Virus record (IMG/VR): IMGVR_UViG_2600255093_000008
Coordinates: 15,992 to 79,991 of that record
Source: a virus
Taxonomy: Duplodnaviria > Caudoviricetes
DNA: 64,000 nt
Strand: one strand, 5' to 3'
Shown: positions 9,725 to 18,069 of the stretch, piece by piece
How the letters are laid out: each line of letters opens with the position of its first letter
Position numbering within the stretch: the first letter of the stretch is position 1
Program-made: the position numbers and the translations under genes
Notes under the pieces: generated by a model
What the model was told of the DNA's origin: nothing
The model's database searches: none
Seen by the model: the letters and a program-made list of their open reading frames with translations, nothing else

Positions 9725-9757
9725 GCCCGGGGACTCGTTGTTCCCGGGCTATTTTTT
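9725..9757 (+). terminator. Rho-independent terminator ending the late operon
   Basis: GCCCGGG / CCCGGGC stem followed by TATTTTTT. Confidence 0.75.
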
Positions 9758-9848
9758 GCAGTAGTTGCAGCACCGCCCCATCCGACCTTTTCAAGATTCA
9801 GAGAATTCGCTCGAATAACAGAGTGAACTCCAACTGGAGGACTTCTCA

Positions 9849-10472
9849 GTGTCGAATCGCCTTTTGTACGGCGTTATTGCAGTCGGTTCGTTGCTTCTTA
9901 TCGCGGTTGTCACAGTTGCCGTTCTTGTGCCTGGAGATTCGGTTACGCGGTCGCTTATCGTTGTCGGCTACTTAATTGGATTTGCGAAGACGGCGTATGA
10001 CATCTGGGATAAGGAGCGTGAACGAGGGAAAAAAGCAGAAGACAGCAAAGAAAAGGTGCAAGCAACTGCCATTTGCAGAGACCATCCCAATGACAGTGAT
10101 GAGATAAACATTGGCACAGAAATATACAACCAGGGGGCATTTGTAAATATACGAAGTGTAACGCTTACCGCTAGGAGCAGCACAGGCGTTGTGAACGAAT
10201 TCAGTCTCGTCACAAACGAACGAGAAGTGAAAACTGACGACTTTGTTTATGAGAGCCAGTTTGATAAAGGTGCAAAAATAGATCCAAAGCACAATGTTCG
10301 CTTTTTCCTGAATGGCAAAACTCCTTCCTGGGGTTATTTTACCAGCTTACCTCCTGAAAATCTGTGGATATCAGTGCTCTCGTTTAATGGCGAAGTGGCA
10401 AGGATTACTGGTGATCAAATTCATAAGGCAATTAACCACTTTCTAGAGAAGAAAAACATGAGATATGCCTAA
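9849..10472 (+). CDS. Membrane-anchored hypothetical protein (AT-rich moron)
   Basis: Two N-terminal hydrophobic segments, then a beta-rich soluble domain. Confidence 0.65.
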   Translation: MSNRLLYGVIAVGSLLLIAVVTVAVLVPGDSVTRSLIVVGYLIGFAKTAYDIWDKERERGKKAEDSKEKVQATAICRDHPNDSDEINIGTEIYNQGAFVNIRSVTLTARSSTGVVNEFSLVTNEREVKTDDFVYESQFDKGAKIDPKHNVRFFLNGKTPSWGYFTSLPPENLWISVLSFNGEVARITGDQIHKAINHFLEKKNMRYA

Positions 10473-10563
10473 ATATCGTGCCGCTTCATCAGCGGTTATT
10501 CTCTCGAAAGCACAGCAGCCGGCAAAGAGTCGGCTGCTTGCAATTCAGGGATTATTATAATGA

Positions 10564-10917
10564 CTACCGCCTTTTCAGATCACGCAAGCCAAGGCTAAAA
10601 TAGAAATCAGGCGGAAGATCAACAACTATCCAATACATCTCGCTTATGCAAACAGTGCATCTTACATATGGCAGGCTTTCGCCATCAAACAGTTGAGACA
10701 TCGCAACCATATACCACTCTTTGTCATCGAGTTTGCCCGTGTCCATTTTCAACTGGTATTCGAGTTTCCATTTTTCCGCCTCTTTCACGCAAGTTTCCAG
10801 TTGCGCTCGGGTTAAATAGCGAACCTTAGTCCCTGCCACTTTCGGATCGTCCATCGAATCACTCCCCTGGTAGAGCCAAAATACAACTATTCGACACATT
10901 AATATAATACCATGCAA
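10564..10917 (-). CDS. Hypothetical protein (AT-rich moron; may start at MDDPKV)
   Basis: Protein-like composition; convergent with the previous gene. Confidence 0.55.
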   Translation of the reverse strand: MHGIILMCRIVVFWLYQGSDSMDDPKVAGTKVRYLTRAQLETCVKEAEKWKLEYQLKMDTGKLDDKEWYMVAMSQLFDGESLPYVRCTVCISEMYWIVVDLPPDFYFSLGLRDLKRR

Positions 10918-11055
10918 TTCCTACTATTGTCAAGTTTACAATTGCATTTCTCATTTTATGAAAGCTAATTCTTTCATAAGGACAAAGCTGTCCAGTTTGC
11001 TGCCCGAAGCCGGGTATATAGCGCTGCCTCGAATTACAAATAAAAAGGAATTCCC

Positions 11056-11355
11056 TTGGAAAACATCGATTTCAGTGACGCCACTCGGTGGCATTTGAGC
11101 CAGAGTGCCACCAGTTACGTGACAAAAGGAAGTGGACTGGTCGCGTGCATCTTCAGTTCAAAAAGACCAGAAAAGAGCAAATTCGGCGCGTGGGTCAAAG
11201 TGGACGGGATCGGCAATCGAGACGCGGCCCCGCTCTACCTCGCGTGGTGTCAGTCGCTCCGCGAAGCGATGCTTGAGATGGAAGTGGCGCGGCACAAGTT
11301 TTTGGCAGGAAAATTCGGGACAGCGGGCGAGCGAGAGGGGGAGAGCGAAGGGTGA
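11056..11355 (+). CDS. Hypothetical phage protein
   Basis: TTG start after AAGGA; protein-like composition. Confidence 0.55.
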   Translation: MENIDFSDATRWHLSQSATSYVTKGSGLVACIFSSKRPEKSKFGAWVKVDGIGNRDAAPLYLAWCQSLREAMLEMEVARHKFLAGKFGTAGEREGESEG

Positions 11356-11836
11356 GGGGGGCGAGCACACGACCACGCACAAGTTAACTCGAATTTTTCG
11401 CACTTCGTGCACTAAAGCCGTAAGCACTGGTGGAATTTCTGCAAACTATAAAAATTGGTCGAGCTGGCGGAAATCGCACAGAATTGCGTGCGCAGCACGA
11501 ACAGGGTGGAACGGCACAAACTACCGTTTAACCTGCCGTTCGTGGCGTAGCGATTAATTAAATAAATAACAGGCGGTACGGAGCAAGTAACTGGCAGTTC
11601 GACCCGTTCCACAAGCACGAAAATAACTGGCAGCAAACTTTAGTGCGGAAAGTACAGACTGCCCCTCTGCCTTTGGTTTGGCAGGAAGCGTAGCGTTAGT
11701 TTGGAATCCGATCCGCCGCAGGCGGTGAGGATTTTGCCGAACGCAGTGAGGCATCACCACCGCAAGTTAACAAATATTATACTGGTCAATTTGGTCTAGA
11801 GGTAGAATTGCACTTCTGTTAGAATCGCAAAAACAA

Positions 11837-12082
11837 TTAACTTAAGTTAACTCTTGTTAATTTAGGATCATGCAAGAACTTTTTTATCACAGTCGTCGGC
11901 ACGACGACTGTGATAACCACCTTGTGCCCAAAGCGGCACAAGGTGGTTGCTCTCAACTTAATGAACTCAAATGAACTAAAATACTAGTGTTCGATTTGGA
12001 TCATTTTTCGAGGGGTGTATGGATCGTTCTGCGTACCAACTCGTGTACCAAACGGGGATCGCTTTTGGATCATTTTTCGAGG
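11837..12082. repeat. Palindrome, two perfect hairpins and a 19-bp direct repeat (candidate origin/operator)
   Basis: TTAACTTAAGTTAA 11837-11850; 15-bp IR 11884-11916; 14-bp IR 11915-11948; TTTGGATCATTTTTCGAGG at 11995 and 12064. Confidence 0.7.
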
Positions 12083-12092
12083 AAATTTATAG

Positions 12093-12665
12093 ATGCGAAA
12101 TGACAATTTTCACCAAATTAAATGCCCATCACTGAACTACATTTGCCCTCTGGATTGGCGTGCAAGTTTGGTTTACGGCGTGTGTCTCTGGCACTCACCT
12201 AAAACAATGTTGGAACTATCGGAACTTACCGGATTCCACCGCAGCCGTGACTTGCCCACATCGATCTCGATTTTGGCAAAGCACCAACTCGTTGACTCCG
12301 ACACCTTGCGTGCAAACCTACCCAATGCCGAACTGGGCTGGTTCAAGTTTTGGGAGAAAACTCAGGATCGCATCCCCCTAGCGTTCCGTTTTATCGGGGT
12401 GCGGTCGGATGCCTGCCCGCTGACTCCTTACCAAAATATGATCTACTGGACGATGGTATCTTTAGGAAAGCAACTGGCAAAGTATGGCGTTTCCGGGTTG
12501 GCGACGATCGCTCATGTTCCGCGCCCGAGTCTGAGCGTGGCGCTTGATGAACTTAAGGAAAAGGGCTGCCTGGGCGAGAAGAAATTCACTATGAATCGCC
12601 CCGAAAATTTGGCGGACTGGTGGAAACCCGCCCCGACCACTGATTTGGCAGCGTACTGGGACTGA
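12093..12665 (+). CDS. Tandem winged-HTH-like protein (possible replication initiator)
   Basis: Two HTH-like segments (TMLELSELTG...LAKHQLV; GVSGLATIAHVPRPSLSVALDELKEKG). Confidence 0.55.
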   Translation: MRNDNFHQIKCPSLNYICPLDWRASLVYGVCLWHSPKTMLELSELTGFHRSRDLPTSISILAKHQLVDSDTLRANLPNAELGWFKFWEKTQDRIPLAFRFIGVRSDACPLTPYQNMIYWTMVSLGKQLAKYGVSGLATIAHVPRPSLSVALDELKEKGCLGEKKFTMNRPENLADWWKPAPTTDLAAYWD

Positions 12666-12741
12666 CCTTCGAGTTGCCAAAGAAGGAGCACACGGGAATT
12701 CGTTCCGTGTGCTCTGGGCTGTTGCCCAATGCGGTGGTGTT

Positions 12742-13368
12742 TCAGTTTCGTTTGCGGGGTTTCCACTTCGCGTAGCGCCGAAATGTGCCCGCCATCTCGT
12801 CTTTACCTTTGTCCTGAATGTAATCGGCGAATATTGCAAAATCTGCCTGACAGTCGATTTGAAATTCCGGGTGCTCGTCCTTCGCCCACACTTTCAGTTT
12901 GTCTACCTTCGTGGGTTTGGGAGTGGGGTTGATGGCTACCTGACCAGAACTCAGGTGCAGTACCCCACCCCGTTTGAGCAGTGAACAGAATTCACACCAC
13001 TCTCTATTCGCCAATTGGGTCAGTGTCAAAGCAACCACGACCAGCGCAAAAGAATGCCCGTCCGTGTTCGGTGGCGGTTGCCCGTTGCCGTGCGCTGTGA
13101 TTTTAAAATCGACATTCTGTGACCAAGTCGATTTTTTGGTTAGCGGACTTGCCTCAATGACACCGCCCGACGCCAAGAGATCCCCGCCGAGCGAATTGCC
13201 CATGTCATCGTAGAGTTTCCATGCCCAGTACGATAAATCCTGAAGATCGCGCTCTTCGCGGGCGGTTAACTCCTGCTCTGATCCGAACACTCGGTGCGTC
13301 AGATCGCTAATCATCATCGCTGCGTACTGCGCGGTGTCCACATCGTCGCCACGAGGCTCGTCAGCCAT
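12742..13368 (-). CDS. Hypothetical protein
   Basis: 208-aa ORF with a purine-rich GAGAG upstream and protein-like composition. Confidence 0.55.
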   Translation of the reverse strand: MADEPRGDDVDTAQYAAMMISDLTHRVFGSEQELTAREERDLQDLSYWAWKLYDDMGNSLGGDLLASGGVIEASPLTKKSTWSQNVDFKITAHGNGQPPPNTDGHSFALVVVALTLTQLANREWCEFCSLLKRGGVLHLSSGQVAINPTPKPTKVDKLKVWAKDEHPEFQIDCQADFAIFADYIQDKGKDEMAGTFRRYAKWKPRKRN

Positions 13369-13699
13369 CGGTCTGCTCTCTCAGAGTGATTGGGGACTGT
13401 CGGATCCTTACCCCTCAAACACCCGCCCCTTTCACTCTTCTTAATTTTCATAAGCGCGTCTCGGAACAGCACATTTTCTTACTCAGCGCGTGCAATTCTG
13501 CACTTTCCACCGCAAAGTTAGCCCCCACCCCTTTCTGAAAAGCATTTTGCTCTAACCAAAACTACTGTTTTCTCTCATTTTTGCCCAAAAAACTTCAATT
13601 TTCTGCAAAAAAGCAAGTTTTTGCCACCAATTTTCACCCAAAAAATAGCTCCAAACAAGCGGTTTTTCCAGTAATTATGAATTATCATACGTTTTTCAG

Positions 13700-13728
13700 T
13701 TGACAGTGCGAGTAATCTGTGATATAAT
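13700..13728 (+). promoter_or_regulatory. Perfect sigma70 promoter with extended -10
   Basis: TTGACA-17 bp-TATAAT with TG at -15/-14; A/T tracts upstream. Confidence 0.9.
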
Positions 13729-13773
13729 TGCTTTAGTAAATAATAATAAATTGCAGAAAGGCAGGATTTTGAA

Positions 13774-14556
13774 ATGTCCGCAAAAAGTACGATCGAATGG
13801 TGCGACGCAACATGGAATCCGGTAAGGGGGTGTACCAAGATTTCCCCCGGATGTGCCCATTGCTACGCGGAGACTTTTAGCGAAAGATTCCGGGGTGTTC
13901 CCGGGCACGCTTTTGAGCAAGGATTTGATTTGAAACTTGTGCCCAAAATGCTCAAAGCGCCTTTGACATGGGCAACCCCAACGATAATTTTTGTGAACTC
14001 GATGAGTGACTTGTTCCACAAAGGCGTGCCTGAAAAATATATCGAGGAAGTTTGCTGGGTAATGCAGAAAGCCAACTGGCACACTTACCAAGTGCTAACT
14101 AAGCGATCGGAGCGAATGCGGGACTTCCTTCTAGCCCACCCCGAATTCGGCAAACTGAAGCATGTCTGGTGGGGTGTCTCGGTCGAGAATAAAAAGCACG
14201 GACTGCCAAGAATCGATCATCTCCGCGAAGCACCCGCAGTCACCAGATTCCTTTCAGTCGAACCACTTCTCGAAGACCTCGGAAAACTAAATCTAAAAGG
14301 GATTCACTGGGTAATCGCAGGTGGCGAGAGCGGACACGGTGCGCGACCGATGGAAGCGGATTGGGTGCGATCGATCCGTGAGCAGTGCGCAGCCAAAGGA
14401 GTGGATTTCTTTTTTAAGCAGTGGGGCGGGCGGCAAAAGAAAAAGACCGGTCGGACTCTCGACGGGCAGACCTACGACGCGATGCCTGAGCGAATCAGCC
14501 TGCCCGTGCTGTCGCGAAGCGAGCGAATGGAACTTATCGAAGAATTGAAAGTGTAG
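13774..14556 (+). CDS. DUF5131 (phage Gp37/Gp68) radical-SAM-like protein
   Basis: IEWCDATWNPVRGCTKISPGCAHCYAE, FVNSMSDLFH, FLSVEPLL, WVIAGGESG, FFFKQWGG. Confidence 0.92.
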   Translation: MSAKSTIEWCDATWNPVRGCTKISPGCAHCYAETFSERFRGVPGHAFEQGFDLKLVPKMLKAPLTWATPTIIFVNSMSDLFHKGVPEKYIEEVCWVMQKANWHTYQVLTKRSERMRDFLLAHPEFGKLKHVWWGVSVENKKHGLPRIDHLREAPAVTRFLSVEPLLEDLGKLNLKGIHWVIAGGESGHGARPMEADWVRSIREQCAAKGVDFFFKQWGGRQKKKTGRTLDGQTYDAMPERISLPVLSRSERMELIEELKV

Positions 14557-14567
14557 TGGAGTGAACA

Positions 14568-14591
14568 AAGGCCGCCCCAAAGGGCGGCCTT
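14568..14591. terminator. Hairpin between convergent genes
   Basis: AAGGCCGCCC-CAAA-GGGCGGCCTT. Confidence 0.7.
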
Positions 14592-14596
14592 CACTC

Positions 14597-14797
14597 TTAA
14601 TTCGGCAAGTCGCTCGAACTGATGTGCAGCCAGCGCCCGCACCTGGGGCACGAGTAAAAGCGTATCAGCCCTCTCAAATCTAAGCGGATTTGGGTTAGTC
14701 GCGAAGGCTCATCGCAAGTCGGACACTCGTCCGACTCACGCAACTCAACCGTGTCATAGTAGCGCAAATAGTCCGGCAGGACTTTGGGCGTGGGCAT
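14597..14797 (-). CDS. Small zinc-ribbon protein
   Basis: CPTC...CPRC from MPTPKVLP. Confidence 0.5.
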   Translation of the reverse strand: MPTPKVLPDYLRYYDTVELRESDECPTCDEPSRLTQIRLDLRGLIRFYSCPRCGRWLHISSSDLPN

Positions 14798-14904
14798 GGG
14801 GCGAATCGGGGCTGGAGCAGGGTGCGAGTCAGAAAATCCTACACTCTGTACTCCTGGAGTGCCCCCATTTATTTCAGGATCTGAATTTATTCTTTTCAGG
14901 AGCG

Positions 14905-15321
14905 TTGATGTTCCCCGAAGCACGTACCGCCACGCTTGTGGTTAAGACTCGCCCTCTCGTGATTCCCCTGCCCGACACGGGAGCGGATAAGCGGCTTTGG
15001 TCGGCACTGCTTGACCTCGCAGACATTGCTCGAACTGCGATCAACCGTGACCAATCCGACCGGGCCACGGAAGCCATTCAGCAAGCCACGCGCGAGATCC
15101 GCCAATCACTCGGTAGCCGCAATCCCGTCAGCGAAATTATCGACTTGCAGGAAGCAGCAGCGATTTGCCGTCTGTCGGTTCGCACGCTGCATAACCGGAT
15201 GTGCGAAGACCCTACCTGTCCGCGACTCCCGGGTAAGCACCCGACCTTCAACCGGGCTGCACTGGTGAAGTGGCGTGCGAATTTGCCCCTTCGCAAAAAG
15301 AAGAAAAAGAAGAAAGTCTGA
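14905..15321 (+). CDS. Excisionase-like HTH protein
   Basis: IIDLQEAAAICRLSVRTLHN...FNRAALVKW; directly upstream of integrase. Confidence 0.75.
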   Translation: MMFPEARTATLVVKTRPLVIPLPDTGADKRLWSALLDLADIARTAINRDQSDRATEAIQQATREIRQSLGSRNPVSEIIDLQEAAAICRLSVRTLHNRMCEDPTCPRLPGKHPTFNRAALVKWRANLPLRKKKKKKKV

Positions 15322-15398
15322 CACCTCTTGGAACCGCAGAACGGTTCCATTCACTGGTTCCGGGGCAAAATCTTGAACTCTAAACGAAAGGAAATGAC

Positions 15399-16598
15399 AT
15401 GGCTCGTCCGGCTAAGAATGCGCTCCCCATCGGGGACACGGGAATTGAAGTGAGCGTTTCGCTCAAGCAACGCGGTGACATCTATTCCTGCAAGTTCCCG
15501 CACCCAACGATTAAGGGCAAATACTGCGAAGTGACCACGGGACGGCGCAGTCAACACGAAGCGTGGGCGGCAGCGGCAAAGATCGTCCTGGAGATGTACC
15601 AACCGACCGTCAAACCCACCGCAAGGAATGTGACCTGGGAACAAGTGCTGGAGGAACTGTCATTTGCCAAAGGCATTCGAGCACGAACAATCGAACTTTA
15701 CTCGAATACAGTAAAAATTCTAAGAGTATTCGTTGAGACAGCGCGACCGATCGACATTTCCGAAGCCAAAGCGAACCGGTTCGCGGAACTCTATGCAAGC
15801 ACCCCGTACACTCGCACGAAGGCAGAAGGTGCGAAGCAGTACACGCGCAGTGCGAAGACGGTAGACAACGCGATTCACTTCCTGTCTTGTCTGTGGACAC
15901 GATTAAAAAAGATGGGGTATGTCAACTCTAACCCCTGGCAGAGTGTGCCCCGCCCGGATATTCCGAAAAAGCAACCGACTGCTCCGACAGAGCAAGAGTT
16001 CGCGGAGTTCTTCGCGTGGCTCGATGCCAAAGAATGGGAACTGATGAGCGTACTGCTTCGCTTGAAGTCACTTTCTGGCTGCCGTACCCTCGATGTCTGT
16101 TCGCTCGGAACGAAGCACTTCGATCCGAAAGCCGGTGCAGTAATCATTCCTCCCGAGTTAGACAAGACGCACCGCGAACGGCTAATCCCGCTACCGCCCG
16201 ACCTCGCCAAAAGAATAAATTTAATCAAAGGCAGAGTCTACCTCTGGGATCGGTACACCCCAGAAACGCAGCAGAGGGACGCGCGAGCAACGGACAAGTT
16301 TTACCCCAAACTCCTCGCGATGGCGGTTCGCAGGCTGTTCCGGCGCTACTACATCGAGTGCCCTGAGCGTCCCCGCATTAAGCCACACGATTTCCGACGA
16401 CGGGCAATCACGCTTACCGTGAAGGCAACCGGTTCAGTGGACGCAGCAGCATCGGCACTCGGCGTCAGACCCGAAACTGCGATGCGGCATTACATCGACG
16501 CGGAGAAGGCATTCAAAGGTCAGGAACTGATGCGGAAGATGGCGGACATCCTATTGCCCCAAAACCCTGCCCCGATTGTCCCAGAACCCGAGAAGTGA
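15399..16598 (+). CDS. int: Tyrosine recombinase/integrase
   Basis: SGCR (R), KT, PHDFRR (HxxR), ETAMRHY (Y) catalytic motifs. Confidence 0.93.
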   Translation: MARPAKNALPIGDTGIEVSVSLKQRGDIYSCKFPHPTIKGKYCEVTTGRRSQHEAWAAAAKIVLEMYQPTVKPTARNVTWEQVLEELSFAKGIRARTIELYSNTVKILRVFVETARPIDISEAKANRFAELYASTPYTRTKAEGAKQYTRSAKTVDNAIHFLSCLWTRLKKMGYVNSNPWQSVPRPDIPKKQPTAPTEQEFAEFFAWLDAKEWELMSVLLRLKSLSGCRTLDVCSLGTKHFDPKAGAVIIPPELDKTHRERLIPLPPDLAKRINLIKGRVYLWDRYTPETQQRDARATDKFYPKLLAMAVRRLFRRYYIECPERPRIKPHDFRRRAITLTVKATGSVDAAASALGVRPETAMRHYIDAEKAFKGQELMRKMADILLPQNPAPIVPEPEK

Positions 16599-16629
16599 AA
16601 AGGGACGGGAAAAGCTCTGAACAGAAACG

Positions 16630-16659
16630 AAACAGCCCCGGAGAATTCCGGGGCTGTTT
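16630..16659. terminator. Bidirectional terminator
   Basis: 13-bp stem AAACAGCCCCGGA / TCCGGGGCTGTTT between convergent genes. Confidence 0.8.
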
Positions 16660-16664
16660 CTAAT

Positions 16665-16916
16665 TTAAACCGTGCCTATCGAATTCTTGAATCGCTCCAG
16701 TGCCGCGACTTTTTCTTCCAAAGCCTGTACTTTTTGAGCAATTGCCGTGTGGAATCGAAGCTGTACAGCCTTCTCTTGCTCAAAAGCAGCGAGTATCGCA
16801 TCCAGTGCTTGGTTAAGTTTTTCAGATGTGCCAGCGTCAGCAAGCAGCGAAGCGAGTTGTGCACGGTCCAAGGCGATTCCCCAAAGAGAGAGTTTGGAGA
16901 CAGCATTCTGGGACAA
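16665..16916 (-). CDS. Small coiled-coil protein
   Basis: Heptad pattern (KVQALEEKVAALE); lies between terminator and att. Confidence 0.55.
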   Translation of the reverse strand: MSQNAVSKLSLWGIALDRAQLASLLADAGTSEKLNQALDAILAAFEQEKAVQLRFHTAIAQKVQALEEKVAALERFKNSIGTV

Positions 16917-16961
16917 TTGGCTGCCCCAGAATCCGAAGCGTTGCGAAAGTGCTCTTTCCTA

Positions 16962-17005
16962 GGGTGACTGACGGGATTTGAACCCGCGACTTCCAGATCC
17001 ACAAT
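16962..17005 (-). tRNA. 3' half of tRNA-His(GTG); att core copy, not a complete tRNA
   Basis: ATTGTGGATCTGGAAGTCGCGGGTTCAAATCCCGTCAGTCACCC gives anticodon loop, T arm and acceptor 3' strand; no 5' half upstream. Confidence 0.85.
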
Positions 17006-17101
17006 GTAGCACGTTGTTGGCGCAAGTCGTTTCAGCATCAAGCCTTTCGACACGTCCTGTATACGCTTGCGTACTACTTGCGTAAAGACCTGTTCCGGAC
17101 G

Positions 17102-17110
17102 TGGTAGAAT
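17102..17110 (+). promoter_or_regulatory. Extended -10 promoter for the sigma-like gene
   Basis: TGGTAGAAT about 40 nt before ATG 17149. Confidence 0.5.
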
Positions 17111-17148
17111 GTATCCATCGGTACACCCCTGCCACCGGAACCCCACGC

Positions 17149-17721
17149 ATGCCCGCAACCAGGAAGCGGCAGCCCAAATCCGCGCACACACCCGATCCCG
17201 ACGCACCAACGCCCCGTGAATTGAGACTCGACGCGGCCGATCACGTCGCGTGGGCCAAATCCCGCGCTCGTGGGGTGCGTGCCGACTTCGGTTTCCTGGA
17301 GGGGTCCGCGGAGGAAGAGGAGCTGGAGTCCGTCGCCCTGGCCGCGCTGGTGCGACTGATTGACCGGTTCGACGAGTCCCGTTTGCCGCCCGGTGGTGAT
17401 CTGGCCAAGGCGTTCCGGGGCGCGTCCAGCACTGCGATCCGCTCGGAGTGCCGGCGCGCGGGTGAGCAGCTCCGCAACGGCGGGACGTACCGCACGAAGC
17501 AGGGCGGGTATCTGGTCGTCGGCGGTCTGCCGGTGAATGCCGACGGCGAAGAGGAAGTGACCGATCCCGTCTCGCTCGAAGAGGACGACCACGACGGGTC
17601 ATTGATCGCTGAGCCGGCAGTGTTCGCCAAGGCGCGCACCGGGACCGGGCCGAACGCCGTGGCGCAGCCCGGGGACACTCGCGCGCGGTTTGCGGCCCTG
17701 CTCGCGCAACTGAGGGGCTAG
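17149..17721 (+). CDS. Sigma70-family protein with region 2 but no region 4
   Basis: H.AWAKSRA / EELESVALAALVRLIDRFD / FRGASSTAIRSECRRA align by eye with sigma regions 2.1-2.4; PVSLE resembles region 3.2; no C-terminal HTH. Confidence 0.72.
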   Translation: MPATRKRQPKSAHTPDPDAPTPRELRLDAADHVAWAKSRARGVRADFGFLEGSAEEEELESVALAALVRLIDRFDESRLPPGGDLAKAFRGASSTAIRSECRRAGEQLRNGGTYRTKQGGYLVVGGLPVNADGEEEVTDPVSLEEDDHDGSLIAEPAVFAKARTGTGPNAVAQPGDTRARFAALLAQLRG

Positions 17722-18008
17722 GACTTCTTCCGGCGCGCAGGCTTCTCCGGATCGGGCGGCGCATCGGGTAACGGCGGATCAGCCGGCGGCATTGGCGGGG
17801 GGTTGTCCATGTGCCGCCGCAACGCCCGCTCAATCACGTAGGTAAGCGTCTGACCCCGCGACTCTGTGAACGCACGCACCTCGCTCAACAACTTCGGGTC
17901 GAGAATCACGTTGATCTGGCCGGATCGGTCTTTTACTGGCACTTCCACACTCCCTGTGTACTCCCGCGACCGACGCGGGCTAAGGCCATCATACCCGACT
18001 TTTTCCAC
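17718..18008 (-). CDS. Ribbon-helix-helix (CopG/Arc-like) regulator
   Basis: QINVILDPKLLSEVRAFTESRGQTLTYVIERALRRH. Confidence 0.8.
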   Translation of the reverse strand: MEKVGYDGLSPRRSREYTGSVEVPVKDRSGQINVILDPKLLSEVRAFTESRGQTLTYVIERALRRHMDNPPPMPPADPPLPDAPPDPEKPARRKKS

Positions 18009-18011
18009 GGG

Positions 18012-18063
18012 TCTAGATTTTTTCTAGATTCCGGTTGACATGGATCTAGATCGGGTATAGATT
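18012..18063 (+). promoter_or_regulatory. Sigma70 promoter overlapped by phased TCTAGA sites
   Basis: TTGACA 18035-18040, 17 bp, TAGATT; TCTAGA at 18012, 18023, 18045 and TATAGA at 18056. Confidence 0.7.
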
Positions 18064-18069
18064 ACAAGT

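Larger units (their letters stand above)
1..16961 (+). mobile_element. Prophage 1 (HK97-like head, siphovirus tail); left end outside window
   Basis: Contiguous portal-protease-capsid-neck-tail genes, then xis and tyrosine integrase next to a tRNA 3'-half att copy. Confidence 0.9.

Noticed and set aside
11600-11609. CGACCCGTTC complementary to the conserved ncRNA segment (cross-prophage target)
   Set aside because: Only 10 nt, not at an evident start codon; could arise by chance in 64 kb
12709-12984. Frameshifted continuation of the wHTH gene
   Set aside because: No slippery site, and it lies antisense to the more credible 12742-13368 ORF
16962-17005. Complete tRNA-His gene
   Set aside because: No D arm or 5' acceptor strand upstream, and the 5' side of the anticodon stem does not pair; it is an att copy
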